64,000 bases of DNA. It comes from Takakia lepidozioides. Lineage: Eukaryota; Plantae; Bryophyta. Position 1 is the first letter of the stretch, and the number at the start of each line of letters is the position of its first letter. The notes beneath the pieces were generated by a model. It saw only the letters and a program-made list of their open reading frames with translations. It was not told the origin of the DNA and did not search any database. The DNA lies in the NCBI GenBank assembly GCA_030704615.1, contig CM060733.1:26784001-26848000 (forward strand), read 5' to 3'. Positions 47,580 to 59,809 of the stretch are shown here, in pieces. The position numbers and the translations under genes are program-made.

Positions 47580-50173
47580 GACGCGCCTTCGAGGCAGGCG
47601 GCCAGTGTTGCTCCAAAAGGTCGAACATTCCCGTAGTAAGCGTCTGCTGGCCTGCAGCAATGGTTGAATTTGTCAGAAACGCATGGCTCGAAGCTTGAAT
47701 GTGACAGTGACGGTGATAGTGACAGTGACAGGCATTCTGCTCTACAACACTACTAGGTACTATCTGAGAGAAAAAGGAAGAGGGGCTTGCCTGAATTGTT
47801 CGGTTGCTTCAGCTCTTCCATTACTCAGACAAGGCTAGTGTAGAGCTGGAAAGATTCAAAATGGAAGAGGAAATCACCTGTCCTTGAACTGATGGCACAC
47901 CACCGCTGCCTAAGGAGAAAAACCCTTTTGTGCCTCTGTAAGCCTGCAAACCATTCTCATATTATTCTGTGATATGAGAGTGAAACTAATCACAGAATGT
48001 GAACAAAGGGCTCAATTCCATTGGGAGAACAGTTTATAGACATATTGCTGTTTTTTGGCGATGTTTACCTCGTGGTATTTCAGGCTCATGGGTTTTTCAG
48101 GCTCTGGAAGCTAATCTAAAGTCCAGATGTTCAAGCATCTGAGGCAGTGAACGTCACGTCTCGGGACTGACAAATGAAGAAAAGGACAGATTGGTGAAGG
48201 TGTGTGAGATGGGAAGGAGGACACTTACATATTGGACTTCATTCTGCATGTCGTCCTCTGTAACTCTTTTGGGCTTGATATAAACTTCTTTGGGAACTGG
48301 AGGGAAGGGGTGATCGTGTTCCACATTCTTCGGGCTCATCATCTGCTTCAATCAGAGCAAAGATGTTATAGGCTTACGTACCCATTTTGGCCTAGATGAA
48401 ATCCTTTGTTTGGTATTCAAACTTTGTTTGCCCCTCTCTCATGCCTATTAAATACATTCAGTATATCACGACAGCAAGAGCTTTCTTTCTACTGCCCTGG
48501 GTATCCCGACCATCACCAGCGAGTGATCACATCACACAACTAGCTCGTTGCACAAACATCTCCCTAGCTCTTTGGGGTAGATAGTATTCTGGAATTTAAA
48601 AGCACGACATAGTAATCTCTTTCAACTTTCAGAATTCACTGGCAAAGACCTTGAATACATGTACGCAGCTGAAACACAGAACAGAAAGAGCATTTTCATT
48701 TCCTAGGAACGGGTTAAGGGGCTTCTTAGGCCAACCGTTTTGGGGTACTTGTCAGGGTTTTCCTTATCCGATTCAGGCTTCACGTGCCCAGGGTGACCAC
48801 ATTCCAAATGATGCTGCTCCTGAAACTCCTTCTCTAGTCTTTTCCAACGTTCTTCTTCCTCTTTTCTTTCTTGTTCTTCCTTCTCCCTTCTCTGAATACA
48901 AGATCACTTGCAGAGATGTGATGGTACATGATGATGAGTCCTTATTTGCAGTGTCACTATGGCCATATAGCTTGCCTGTGTTAAGCGCCTTAAGTCTGGA
49001 GGGAGTGCTATATACACCAATAACAAGGAACCCAAAAGAATTGACTAATCCCACGTTACTCTCAAACAAAAGGATGAGCTGACCTTCGCATACTCCTCAG
49101 CAGCGATAACTTCTTTCTCGGCTCCTTCATGTATCTTTGGTGGGGAGGGAGGGAGGCCAAGGGAGAAACAGTCAGTTAACAAGAAGGAAAGCTTCACAAC
49201 GGACAACAGTAAGCAACAGACATGCATTATCGTGGGACTTACCACTCCGCACCTTTGGTACATAATAGGAACGCCAAACAGCTATGCTGGAGGAGCTGCA
49301 GCAGGAGCATGCTAGCTTTGTGGGCCAACAAATGGGTGCCAGAGTTTCCTAAAAGACTTCCAAGGAAAGTTCTGCAAGAAACTGGAATACAATGACCAAT
49401 TCTGCACGATTAGCTGCTTCAACAGTTATCAAGCTGACATTTCCTTCTAGTAGCACGAGGGAGCTTCAAGTAACTCATAAGTGCTCTGAACAGACTAATA
49501 GTAGCGTTGTTGTTAGGATAGATTGTGTCAAAAGGTCAGTGGAGCTGAAGGGCGATAGCACTTTGCAGCTTAGTTGCAGTTCGTGTGTGAATAGGGGATT
49601 CGGTGTCAAAGTATGGGGTGAGACAAGGGCACCTTGTTTCTCAAGAAGCTCATGTCAGAGTAGCTGGCGTCGTAGGTCACCCTTGTTGGGAAGCCCTTCC
49701 GGTACTTAATAAGGATCATTTGTGTCCATTGGCAATACCTCCATATCCCACCCTTCTGGAATTTTGATTCTCGAGTACTCTACAATGCAGATTGCAGTCA
49801 TTGATTCAGCCTTCAGGAATTACTTATTCTGATAGTACAGGTCTACACATGCCAGCATTCAACCAAAACGAAAACTCTTTTCTAAGGGAGAATAGACAAA
49901 CTATCCCCAGTGCTGTGGAGGCCAGGTAGAAGACGAAAGAAACATACTCGTAAAGTGTAATGTCCGTTTTGAACGGGAAAACATTTCTCGGTGCTTTGTT
50001 TGGATGTCGAAGCCAACCACCGCCTTCCTTCGGCCCTGAGTAGTCTTTGGGGTCTGGTATAGTATACTGGATTGGCAACAAGAGGGACATTTTAGAACAT
50101 CAACTAACCCCCCACGTGCATATTACAGATCAATACAGAGAGGAAGACAGAAGAAACCTTGCCTTGTAGCCAT
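47580..50173 (-). CDS. Unidentified multi-exon gene (Pro/Lys-rich)
   Basis: Short open segments, several ending at GT donors: MATRQ (~50173), PIQYTIPDPKDYSGPKEGGGWLRHPNKAPRNVFPFKTDITLYE, GLPPSPPKIHEGAEKEVIAAEEYAK, KQMMSPKNVEHDHPFPPVPKEVYIKPKR. Family not recognised. Confidence 0.45.
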
Positions 50174-50278
50174 GGACAGACTAAATTGAGGTTTCTCTCT
50201 ACAATCTACATAAAAGAGGGGATAGAGTGCAGGATGAGAACACACAGTCGGGGAATGTGGGGGATGAGGGGCTGGCTA

Positions 50279-51704
50279 GGGAATTCCAAAAGGGTCTTGA
50301 TGTGAAATGCATCGCAATTCACTTGATCACCCCCTAAAAGTGCGCAATTCTATTGAACTGCTAAAACTAGCTTGAAAACAACGCAATTCAATTGAATTGT
50401 ATACCGACAATTCAATTGAATATAGTTTTTAACTTATTTCTTATATAATGTATATATGTGTATATATATGTATATTTAAATTATACATGTATGCATACAA
50501 AAATATAAGCTGAAAATACATGTTGCCCGTCTATTCTTGCTGCCCATCTCTCTATCATTTGTCCGTGGTAAGGCTTGAGCACGAGATAATTAGCCTAAGA
50601 GAGAGCGAGAGAGAGAGGAAGTCACGAAGCGCTTGCCCTAAAAGCGGGATTGTCCCTCTTTGTGAATGTTGGTGCCAATATATGGCTATCTACATGTACC
50701 AAACATGATACCAATGTAAGAGTATCAACGTATAAGAGTTTGATATACTAAACTCTGTATGGAACACACATCCCAACTTCAACATGATACCTTTGTAAAG
50801 GTATCGAAACAACATTATTTTCGATAATTCTCAAGATATCATTTGTTTTCTTTGGGGTTGTATCCAGGGCAGATACTAGTGTCAGGGGACTACATGATGA
50901 TGCAGGGGAAGCCTTTCAACAATTGTCAGGTTTGATTGTGTCTGTTTTTTTTCAGAGCTAGTCATGTATCTTTTGCCAGTGGATCACGAGAAGCTGTTGA
51001 TCTCTCTCCCTCTCTTGCTCCCTGTCTGGCTCTCCCTCTCTCGTTGAGGCTGGCTTCACAACTCCACGATATCCTCATGGCACAAGATAGAGGGGCAGCA
51101 AGAATAGACGGACAACATGTATTTTTAGCTTATACTCTCATATGTGTATAAGTATAACTTGGATATATACATATATATTATATATATTATATACAGAAAT
51201 GAGTTAAAAATTGTAGATTACAATTCAATTGCCAAATTGCGAGTTGACAATTCAATTGAATGGTAGTCAACAATTCTTTTTTTCTTTCTTTTTTAATTTT
51301 TAAAGGGAAACACCTCAGAGCGACAGCTCATAAATCAGGCCCTTGATAGAGAGAGGAGAAAATAACCTCTTTGGTAACCTCGCCGTAAGGCTTTCTGATG
51401 CGACACTTGTGTGCAGGGAAGGGGGAGAAGAGCTTACCACACCCGTCAAGTAGCAGGATTTGACCCCAGGGTCATCCGGATGGCACTCAGTGCACTTTAC
51501 CGACTGAGCTACTGACTGTTGATAATTCAACTGAATTGTTCAATTGAATTGTCAATTCAATTGAATTGCAAATTAGGGTTGTTTTCAAGCTAGTTTTCGG
51601 AGTTTAGTTGAATTGCAAGGGCAATTCAAGTGAATTGTGCACTTTTAGGGGGTTGATCAAGTGAATTGCCATGCATTTCACATCAAGGCCTTTTTGGAAT
51701 TCTC
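50279..51704. mobile_element. Non-autonomous foldback/MITE element with long inverted arms
   Basis: GAATTCCAAAAGGGTCTTGATGTGAAATGCAT... at 50281 is inverted at ~51530-51702. The inner arm 50430-50555 is inverted at 51085-51200. Palindromic CAATTCAATTGAATTG repeats. TSD not evident. Confidence 0.75.
51277..51518 (-). mobile_element. tRNA-derived SINE inserted in the right arm of the MITE
   Basis: Pol III box A TAGCTCAGTCGG (51511-51500), box B GGGTCAAATCC (51466-51456), unique body and A-rich tail. Confidence 0.75.
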
Positions 51705-52209
51705 GTGGCGGGCACGATAAACTTGTAACCCTTCACATGTTAGCATACCATAGACCAGTTATACTATGAAGGAATGCTCCCATGGATGTGAAAGGAAGGC
51801 CCCCATCCTCCGGCCTATTATCCTATACATTAGAAGTTCGTCGACAAGTTATGTTCAAGCCCACGAATGACTTACGTCTCGTAAAGAACTGGCTCAAATT
51901 TCTTAGTGTATGTGGAGGGTACCTTACTGGGCGTAAAATATCAGGGGTGGGATCTATGGGGTGTTCAAAATATTTAGACATAGTAGTTTTACTTTGTCAC
52001 ATGGTATTTTCTTGGGCTCATGTGGATGTAATAAAGCTTTTACCTTTTTTTGCTATTAGGGAGAGGGCTATGGGGGCAGTGGTGGACAACATTATAGTAG
52101 TGAAATGGCATGCTAACCCTGAAATCAATATCCAAACAGCACTATATCCTCCATGTTTGTGCCAAAAAACTGTCCCAAGTCTAGTAGCATCAAAATCTTC
52201 TTTTCCCAC

Positions 52210-52740
52210 CATACCAGCCCTTATGTTTGCGGATGATTTTGCAGGCACGGGGAAGACTCCTTCCAACCTCCAGGAGTTGATTGATTGCGCGAAGAGATAC
52301 TTTGACATTTGGGGGCTAGAGGCTAATGGACAGTAAATGTGCAGTGGTGGAATTCAACAACCAAGGAGAGGAAGTCATCTCAAGTGGCAGTGGGGTAGCC
52401 AAGAGATTCCGGTCCTCCCTTCCTACACATACCTGGGCGTTGAGTTTTCCTCCAAGTGTAATTGGGATGCACATATTCAGAAAGTTGTTCAAACTGGCAA
52501 AGGCAAAGTGCTGGGTCTCACTAAATTTTCCCACTGCACAGGGATCAACTCTGAGGTCAAGAAAATCATGTTTTGTTAGACCTGCCCGGACTACACATCT
52601 GGAATATGGGTTGATAACTCCAACCAGACTAAGTCTCTATAATCCATTCTTAAGGAATGCATGTCAGCCTGCTCCATAACAACCAATGTGGCTGTTCGGG
52701 GTGAGTTTGGCATCCCTTCCTTAAGCTCCAGATGAGATGA
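52210..52740 (+). mobile_element. LINE reverse transcriptase remnant (RTE/RTEX-like)
   Basis: ALMFADDFAG...LQELID...WGLEAN..KCAVV...YTYLGVEF...WDAHIQK, frameshifted. Confidence 0.8.
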
Positions 52741-52849
52741 ACTTGTGGGTCACAATAGTTTCTGAAATCCCATACAGATTGTGAGCATCATACTCCAGAG
52801 CCCAGTGTAGTGTCTCACATTCATTGCCACTGTCTTTTCTCCACTATTC

Positions 52850-53927
52850 ATGAATTGGCCCCACTAATCAATTTTGTAGGGAGGGTTATCCCACTTTGTA
52901 GTACAAGATAGCACGTGTTCATATCTTTGAGTGGAACAATTCCATCAAATGAGCAGGTACTCCCGCTACAGAAGTTGGAAGCTTCATTCATGTCAATCCA
53001 TAGGCCATCAAAGGGAACCTTCTTGTGGAGATCTGCCACCTCCATGCTCCACCATGACTGTGTCTTGGGGTGAAGAAAGTCAGGATAAGAAAGACAGGAC
53101 CAGGCCAGACTCGTGCAAGGTATTTTCCCCTAGTTCGTCCTTCAGAAAAAATAGCATCCTTCAGGCCACGCTCCAGTGTGGTGTAGTTCTTGTGGTTGAT
53201 GCTGATTGCTGGGAACAGATACAGATGCATAGAACGTCAAATGACATCACCCATGTTTATTCCTAGAAAAGCTCTTCCAAGCTCTGTGGGTAAATTATAA
53301 GACCCTCCTCAAATGTTGTATAAGCCCCACTTGTTTGTTTGACGAAAAGCTGAAGCCAACTGATATACTGATCTGATGGAAAGGGTGAAGAAATGATACT
53401 ATAAAATACTTTTTAAGAGAAAGAAATAAAGATTTTATTGCCGTTCCAAAGTAAATATCCCTGGAAGTGCAAAGACAAGTCCAAACTTAATAATTTAGGT
53501 CGTAGGGAAAGATAGATCATATCCACGGCAATAATAGATGCTCTTTGAAAGAAGATAATGAAAACCGTAATAAGACTTTAGAAGACCTTATGACTGCAAA
53601 CAATTCAGCCATTTCTGACTGACTTGTAAAACTCCCCACCGGATTGATAACCCATCTATATGGTTCACGAATTGTTTCCTAGTGTTCCTTGTGTTGCACC
53701 TGAAACATGAGGATTTTCAGCTATGGTGCAAGAAGGAAAGTGTGTCACCAGGATCCAGGATCACAACATACTGTTGTCCATTGGCATGGAGGTCCTGTAC
53801 AAACTCTATTAATTTGTGCTCCGGATAGTTTACTGGGTCAAGAGTGAAGTCCTTATAGGCCTCCATGTAGTCAATGTCATTCCAGATAGTATCCAGTAGG
53901 ATGTTGGCCTTCTTGTAGCTGTCTACA
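52850..53927 (-). pseudogene. Glycoside hydrolase family 31 alpha-glucosidase/xylosidase internal fragment
   Basis: [25 protein letters not shown]...YVVILDP, intron, then RVWPGPV and [17 protein letters not shown] (nucleophile motif). N- and C-terminal parts absent; frameshifts. Confidence 0.85.
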
Positions 53928-56198
53928 GTAAGATATGCCCTCCCATCCCTTAACTACAACATTCAGAGCACTACATTTCTACTATGATAAGAAAGAGGAG
54001 AAGAACACTCAGCAATTCTCTCTTGGCCTACTTCCTACTCATGGTGTGGCAGCCTCTCGTCCATCAGTGAAGATAACCCTTGATCCCTTAATGACAGAAT
54101 TCAGATCACTATACTACTATGATAAAAGAAGGGCAGTCACACTCATCGATTCTCTCTTGCATACTTCCTACTCACGGTACAGTAGCCCCTTTTCTGTCAA
54201 TGAAGGTAAGGCCCTATCTCAACTCCCCTTTCTCCATTCTAATCCCTTGAATGCATAATAAGAAATCACAATCCTACCACTATCGTGACAGCCCCCGTAA
54301 ATCCAAGAACAACAGCCCTTCATGCATACTAATGCTTCGTACAAGACAACATGACCTGAACTATACTGTAAGTAGCATTTCCAGTTTTAGTGTTACAGAT
54401 TTCCTTAACCAGCACTCCATGTGACCACACATCATCTCACATCCTCACTACCACCACCTTTGGTTTAAAAATCTTGCTAGTTTCATTCCATTTTTCAAAA
54501 TTCCTTTATCTTTCCAGGGTTTCTCTCTAAAACATATCCGCCACATCGTAAAAAAGTCCTAAGTAGAAGAAGAAGTGTTATGTTTAAAGTCCCCCCCTTA
54601 ATAAGCCTCTGTATGCTACTAATGTCGCCGACCTCTGCTATTGCTGTGTCACCATGTCAAAGCCACTTGAAGAACCCCTCATTAACCAAAGCCGTCGGCA
54701 ACTTATGCTACATCAAGCCCCCATCACACCAGCACTGGCCCCCAGACCAGCTCCTTACTCTGCCGTCTTTCCCACAGTGCACCGCTTCAGAAGCTCGAGC
54801 CCCCAGGCCACCCTCATCTCCTTCATAACTATGGCCGTCACTTGCACCAGAAACCCACAAGATCAAGCCCTTCTCAAATCACCATAACTGCTGCCGTCAG
54901 CTAGCCTAATACTACGCAAAAGGCCACAATTCAACCCTGCGCAGCTGGCCACCCCCATGCTTATGTGCGTGATTTTAGATCAACAAGTGTCGAACAAAGC
55001 TGACATCCACGCCCTGGTGGATAACATCGTCCATTCAAAAAAATTGAAAAACAATCAAGTAGCTACATCCACTCCCCTCCCCACTATCGGAATGAATCGG
55101 GAAGGGACAACTTCAATGTTTTGTACGAATCAATCACGAGAGTTTGCTCCCGAAGAGTTGAGCGTAGATCGGGGAAGACTTTTAGTGCCTCAACGCAATA
55201 CTCGACGGCTGCATCCAACGCCTCAAGGGTTTGGAAGAGTGACGTTTCATCTCCCGCTAAGATGCATTCCCTTGACAGCTGCTTGTATTCCTGAGCAAAC
55301 ATCTTCAACACTTTGGCCCTCATCTCCAAGATAACACAACAAGCATTGTGAAGTATTCTATTACGTTTATGTTACTTCCGGAAGCAACACACGAAAACTC
55401 AGCCGTGTTGATGGCTAGCATGAAAAAAAAATGAACAAACAACAAAACCAAAGACAAAGGGAGAAAATGAAAAGAAAGATCAACAAGGGAACAAGGTTAA
55501 TGAATAAGGACCCGGAATTAAAATTAAGAGGTCAACAAAACTTACAATGACCTCTTCGGCGACACTAGCATGGAAAAGTTACATTCCATCGTCTGCTTTC
55601 TGTCCCTGCCTCCTCACAGTCCATTCGAGGACTTCGGCCGCACAGATTCGGATGTTCTTTTTGCTCTGCCACTTTGCTAAGTTCTTCAAACCATTTATCT
55701 CCCCCCACAATTTCTCTTTTATCCCCAACCATTCCCCTCTCAAGGCGGCAATTTCCAATTCTACAGTTGTTCTACTCGGGTTTCCCATACCAAGGGAAGG
55801 TGATGGTGAGGACAGAGACGATGACGGTGCTATGAACGAAGGAAAGTTGTCAATCTGTGCACACAAGACCACGAGCATTCGGGTACAAAGGTCTACACCT
55901 AGATTGTTGAAAAACGTAGATAGAACAACAGAGAGGAAAGAGGATTGTATAAAAGCTCCCCACCAACCATAGAAGCACACAACATGAACAATTGATATGT
56001 GGCTTCTTATATAGTTCTAGCTAGGCTAAAAGCAATCACTAAGACTTTCCTTTTAGACCTACTTTTACTATATATGTTAAGTAGTCCCATAATGGACTAG
56101 CTTTAAGACAAAAGCCTCTCTAAATATAGAGTTACTTTTAATGTCTCTAACTTTATCTACAAGTAAAGCTGTAGATTATGGAGTTGTTTTCCAACATA

Positions 56199-56981
56199 CA
56201 GTACTTACCTAGCTTATTAGGCACTTCCGCACCTAATAATTAATAAAAATAGAATATTATTAGGCAGATTCGTTTTTATCATTTAGGCACCTCAACTAGG
56301 TAATTTCCAAATATTAGGCATGTATTTCAGTCGACCCTGGATAATGATGAACAATTATTTTTGACCTCCCTCAAAAACTATGGTTGAGGTTATTTTATTT
56401 AAAAAACACATAATGTTGGTTGTATGAGTCTTGGGTGGCCAACAGAAGATGATTTTGTCAAGTTGGAGATTTTGTGGAATTTTACGAGCATTGAAGATGT
56501 CTTTCAAGGTGAGGCCATGAGAGCCAATTTTACATTTTCTTTGTTTTCAAACCCAAACACCCAAGTGGAAAGAGATCTTGCCATGGAGGATGTTCCTGAT
56601 GTCTACCTTGATGGAAGTGTCATTGAGAGCATTAGCTGATGTCTTGCAAACATGCATATCGAGGATCGTGATGTTCCCGACCTTAACTTTCTCTCAGAAT
56701 CAAAAGATTCACATGAGGTAGGCGATGAGACTTATGAAGATGTTGCAGGGCACTTTGAAAGTTGTATGGACATGAAAATCTAAATTGTAGGCATTTTTGC
56801 CATTTTTTGGACTTAAAATAAAATAATTTAGGCATTTTTTTTGGACATTTTGGATTTTTGAGCAATTAGGCACTTCTCAGGAGTTTTTCCAGGTTTTAGG
56901 CACATTTTCCAAAAATGTTCTAAATATAGTTAGGCACCTGATTTTGAATTAATTATTGCCTAATAAGCTAGGTAAGTACAG
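56199..56981. mobile_element. Tc1/mariner-superfamily (pogo-like) MITE, 783 bp
   Basis: 25-bp TIRs CAGTACTTACCTAGCTTATTAGGCA (1 mismatch); TA at 56197-56198 and 56982-56983. Confidence 0.85.
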
Positions 56982-57183
56982 TAGATCCTCTCAAATCACA
57001 GAGACCAAGGGCACTCACAAACAAGAATTTACTCGTCACAAATCAGGAAAAGCCAAACATACACAAGGAAGATACTATGAGCAACAATAGAGGGGGGACA
57101 ACATTGTACTGTCAACAGAGCCCAACAAAGGCAATCATGATTGAGAAGATGAGTCACTTTCAAGCGGGGGGAGACAGATGCAC

Positions 57184-59290
57184 CTCCTTTACTTCAGCCT
57201 CCAGCTTGTCCCAGTCCCTCGCTATCATTTTACTGGATGTCGGGTACTTGGTGGCCTTGCTCTCCACAGGTTCTGTGATATTGGTGCACCATCTTCAATG
57301 TGAGGAATGCAATAGAGATCCTTGCTACTTTAATTCGAGGAATAAGAGCCACAGAGTGAACTGGCGATAGCAGACAGAGAAGGGGAATTAACCTTTTGGC
57401 ACAGCCAAGGGTTGCAAAAATACAAGCTCCTTGAGGTCAAACTCAAGCTGCTTCCAGTGGATGCTCTCTACCTTGGCAAACTTTATCTCCACTTTGGTAC
57501 TCAACAAAGTATGTCTGCATTGTGGTGGAATCACCTGCACAATTTGGTCCAGGATAACATGTTCAGCGTCATCACCATCATCTGAAGCGGCAAACATCTC
57601 TCTCTCTAGTGGTTCTTTCCAAAATCGACCTGGAGATTCTCTGCTTTGATGCCCTTACCAAATATCCAGACCACCACGTGACTTGCAATCTGATACCATT
57701 CATGCCTACCAGACCACAGATAGCAAAGCCAAGTTGATCAACATAGATCCGAACTGAACAACAACAAACAAGAGCTCCTCAAAACATGAATTATGCAAGG
57801 CTCTGCAGTTTATTCCTTCAATATGACAAGCAGCATGTCCTAGCACAGCATTGGCTGCGATCCTAAATTGGCATGGCTAGCTAGACCACCATTTGATCAA
57901 AGGGAAGGAGGCTGGACTCCACACATGCATCAAGAAACTTCTCAAACTAAATGGTGACTATATTCTGCATATTCAGAAACCCAGACCAGAGTTGCTTACT
58001 AACTGCCAATGGAAGGCACAATGAGTTGAAGGACTTGGTCTGTAGAAAAATAGACACTTTCCATTCCTAGGTATCAATATGAAAACAAATGCCGAAGAGC
58101 TTTGTTGGAAGCAAAGAGACGATAATTATACTTGAATTTGGGTGGGCCATGGGGCAACAGTAGCCAGCTCCACAGACTCATGCTCAACTACCACCGGGGG
58201 CATCTCTGCAACAGTTTCCATCTGTGCTTGCACCTGACTGGTATCTGGGGCTGACACCGCTCCTGCATCTTTCCCAACCACATTGTCTTCCTCTGCAAGC
58301 CAATACAGCACACAAATGGCCTAATTCCCTACATTTGTCCAACAAAACCATGTGGACCATGATAGCTCATGATATCCCTTGACCACTATGTTGCGGTACA
58401 ACGTCGCAAATTTGGTAGCCCTTCAGGGACTACTCCAAAAGCACATGTAGATCACCAAGGCTCAGGTGTCCCATTGGGACGCTGGCTCACATGTATATTC
58501 CCCGAGAGAAAGTTTCATTGATGTCAAGTGCTTACACAGAAGCCTGTATTATTGGGTTGGAGCTTAGATCCAGCCAAGAATGCCACCTTTGCAGTCTGGT
58601 ACTCCTCCAATCAGAAGCAAGCAATGTTGTCCCCGACATAGCACCACAACACAAATTCCTTTCTATTCAATTCCCAATGGAAGATGATCTCACACAATCT
58701 CCATGCATTTGAAAGCCATATGAAAGATCCTAGGACCAAACATTCATAGGCCATATGAAAGCTTCTTGCAAGGCTACCAATCAGAAGCAATTACCCACAA
58801 ACAATTTGAGCTACAAAGAGAACCTGGGAGGGGAAAGATCTTCCCTCATAAAAGGGTTTCTAAACCTGTGCACATACATTGGGTACTTACCCAATATGTC
58901 AATCCCAGCATAGTTACTACATTTGAGTTGGCACTTGTATTAGGCTTGCACGGGATAAGACAACCTAAAATGCATCAGATTACTTTTCTGGCCCTTCCAA
59001 GTTTACTAACACCATTTTCACTAACCCTAAACCCAAGGAATGTACTCATAAGACATTGTTTGTCGTAGTCCTAAACCCAGAGAGAGAGAGAGTTCCAAAG
59101 CTATATGATTACTTCCGCAATTACATCGTTTAAAGCGTCTGGAGTATCAGCGGACACAAGGTTCCTGGAAATATAGCATCAAATCAGAAGAGGCATTAAC
59201 GGAATCCATCTTTACCCTTTCCGCAGATATCCCTTGGGAAGATTCGGATTCAACTCAATTGCTTTGTTCGCATCTGCCACCGCATCTGTT
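57184..59290 (-). pseudogene. SGT1: SGT1 (TPR-CS-SGS co-chaperone) truncated, degenerate copy
   Basis: DAVADANKAIELNPNLPKGYLRK (TPR), HEWYQ...LLSTKVEIKFAK...WKQLEF (CS), YPTSS...DWDKLEAEVK (start of SGS). First TPR exons and the rest of SGS were not found. Confidence 0.8.
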
Positions 59291-59784
59291 CCCCAGACCA
59301 TGTTTCATCTATCAAGCTCATTCACGACCTTTCATTCACTAACTGGCGCTAGTTGCAGATTTATCACGAGAAATTCACACAGCAGAAGACTGTGACAAAA
59401 AGTCTTTCATTAAAACATCATATCTGTACCAGAAGCATTATTCCTCATCATAGTCCTCATCCACAAAGGCCGCATGGCCCTTCTTCTCCAACTCTTCCGC
59501 GATGCTTTCTCTCTCCCTCCTCTCTCTCTCTGCGCAATCTCGAATAGCAACGGCGACCCTTCTCGTTAAAGGCAGGTGTGGTGTAGTCTGCCACTTTATG
59601 AATTAGGCCTAATTGGCCACCCAGGGTGCCGACTCGGCAGGCAGAATCGGCAGGGACGGCCGATTCTGCACCCCGAATGGCAGCAATTACCTCCTATCAG
59701 ATTGCGCCAGGTAGCCGCGAGAATACGCCCCACCCTGCTTTTAACGCTAACCGGCCTCGCCCACTGCCGCTTACAGGGCAGAAT

Positions 59785-59809
59785 CGGCCCTACCCGGGCC
59801 GTTCTCTAG
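59785..59809 (+). mobile_element. Possible Helitron 3' terminus
   Basis: GC hairpin CGGCCC-TACCC-GGGCCG followed by TTCT-CTAG|T, at the end of a GC-rich block starting ~59600. Confidence 0.35.

Noticed and set aside
51440-51518. Functional tRNA gene
   Set aside because: Stems are imperfect, box B is degenerate, and it continues into a unique body and A-rich tail, as expected for a SINE head.
53960-54190. Diverged ~139-bp tandem pair
   Set aside because: Real but only two copies, with no further structure or interpretable context.
55084-55980. Protein-like minus-strand ORFs of 81 and 133 aa
   Set aside because: No recognisable domain or reliable gene structure, so they cannot be called.
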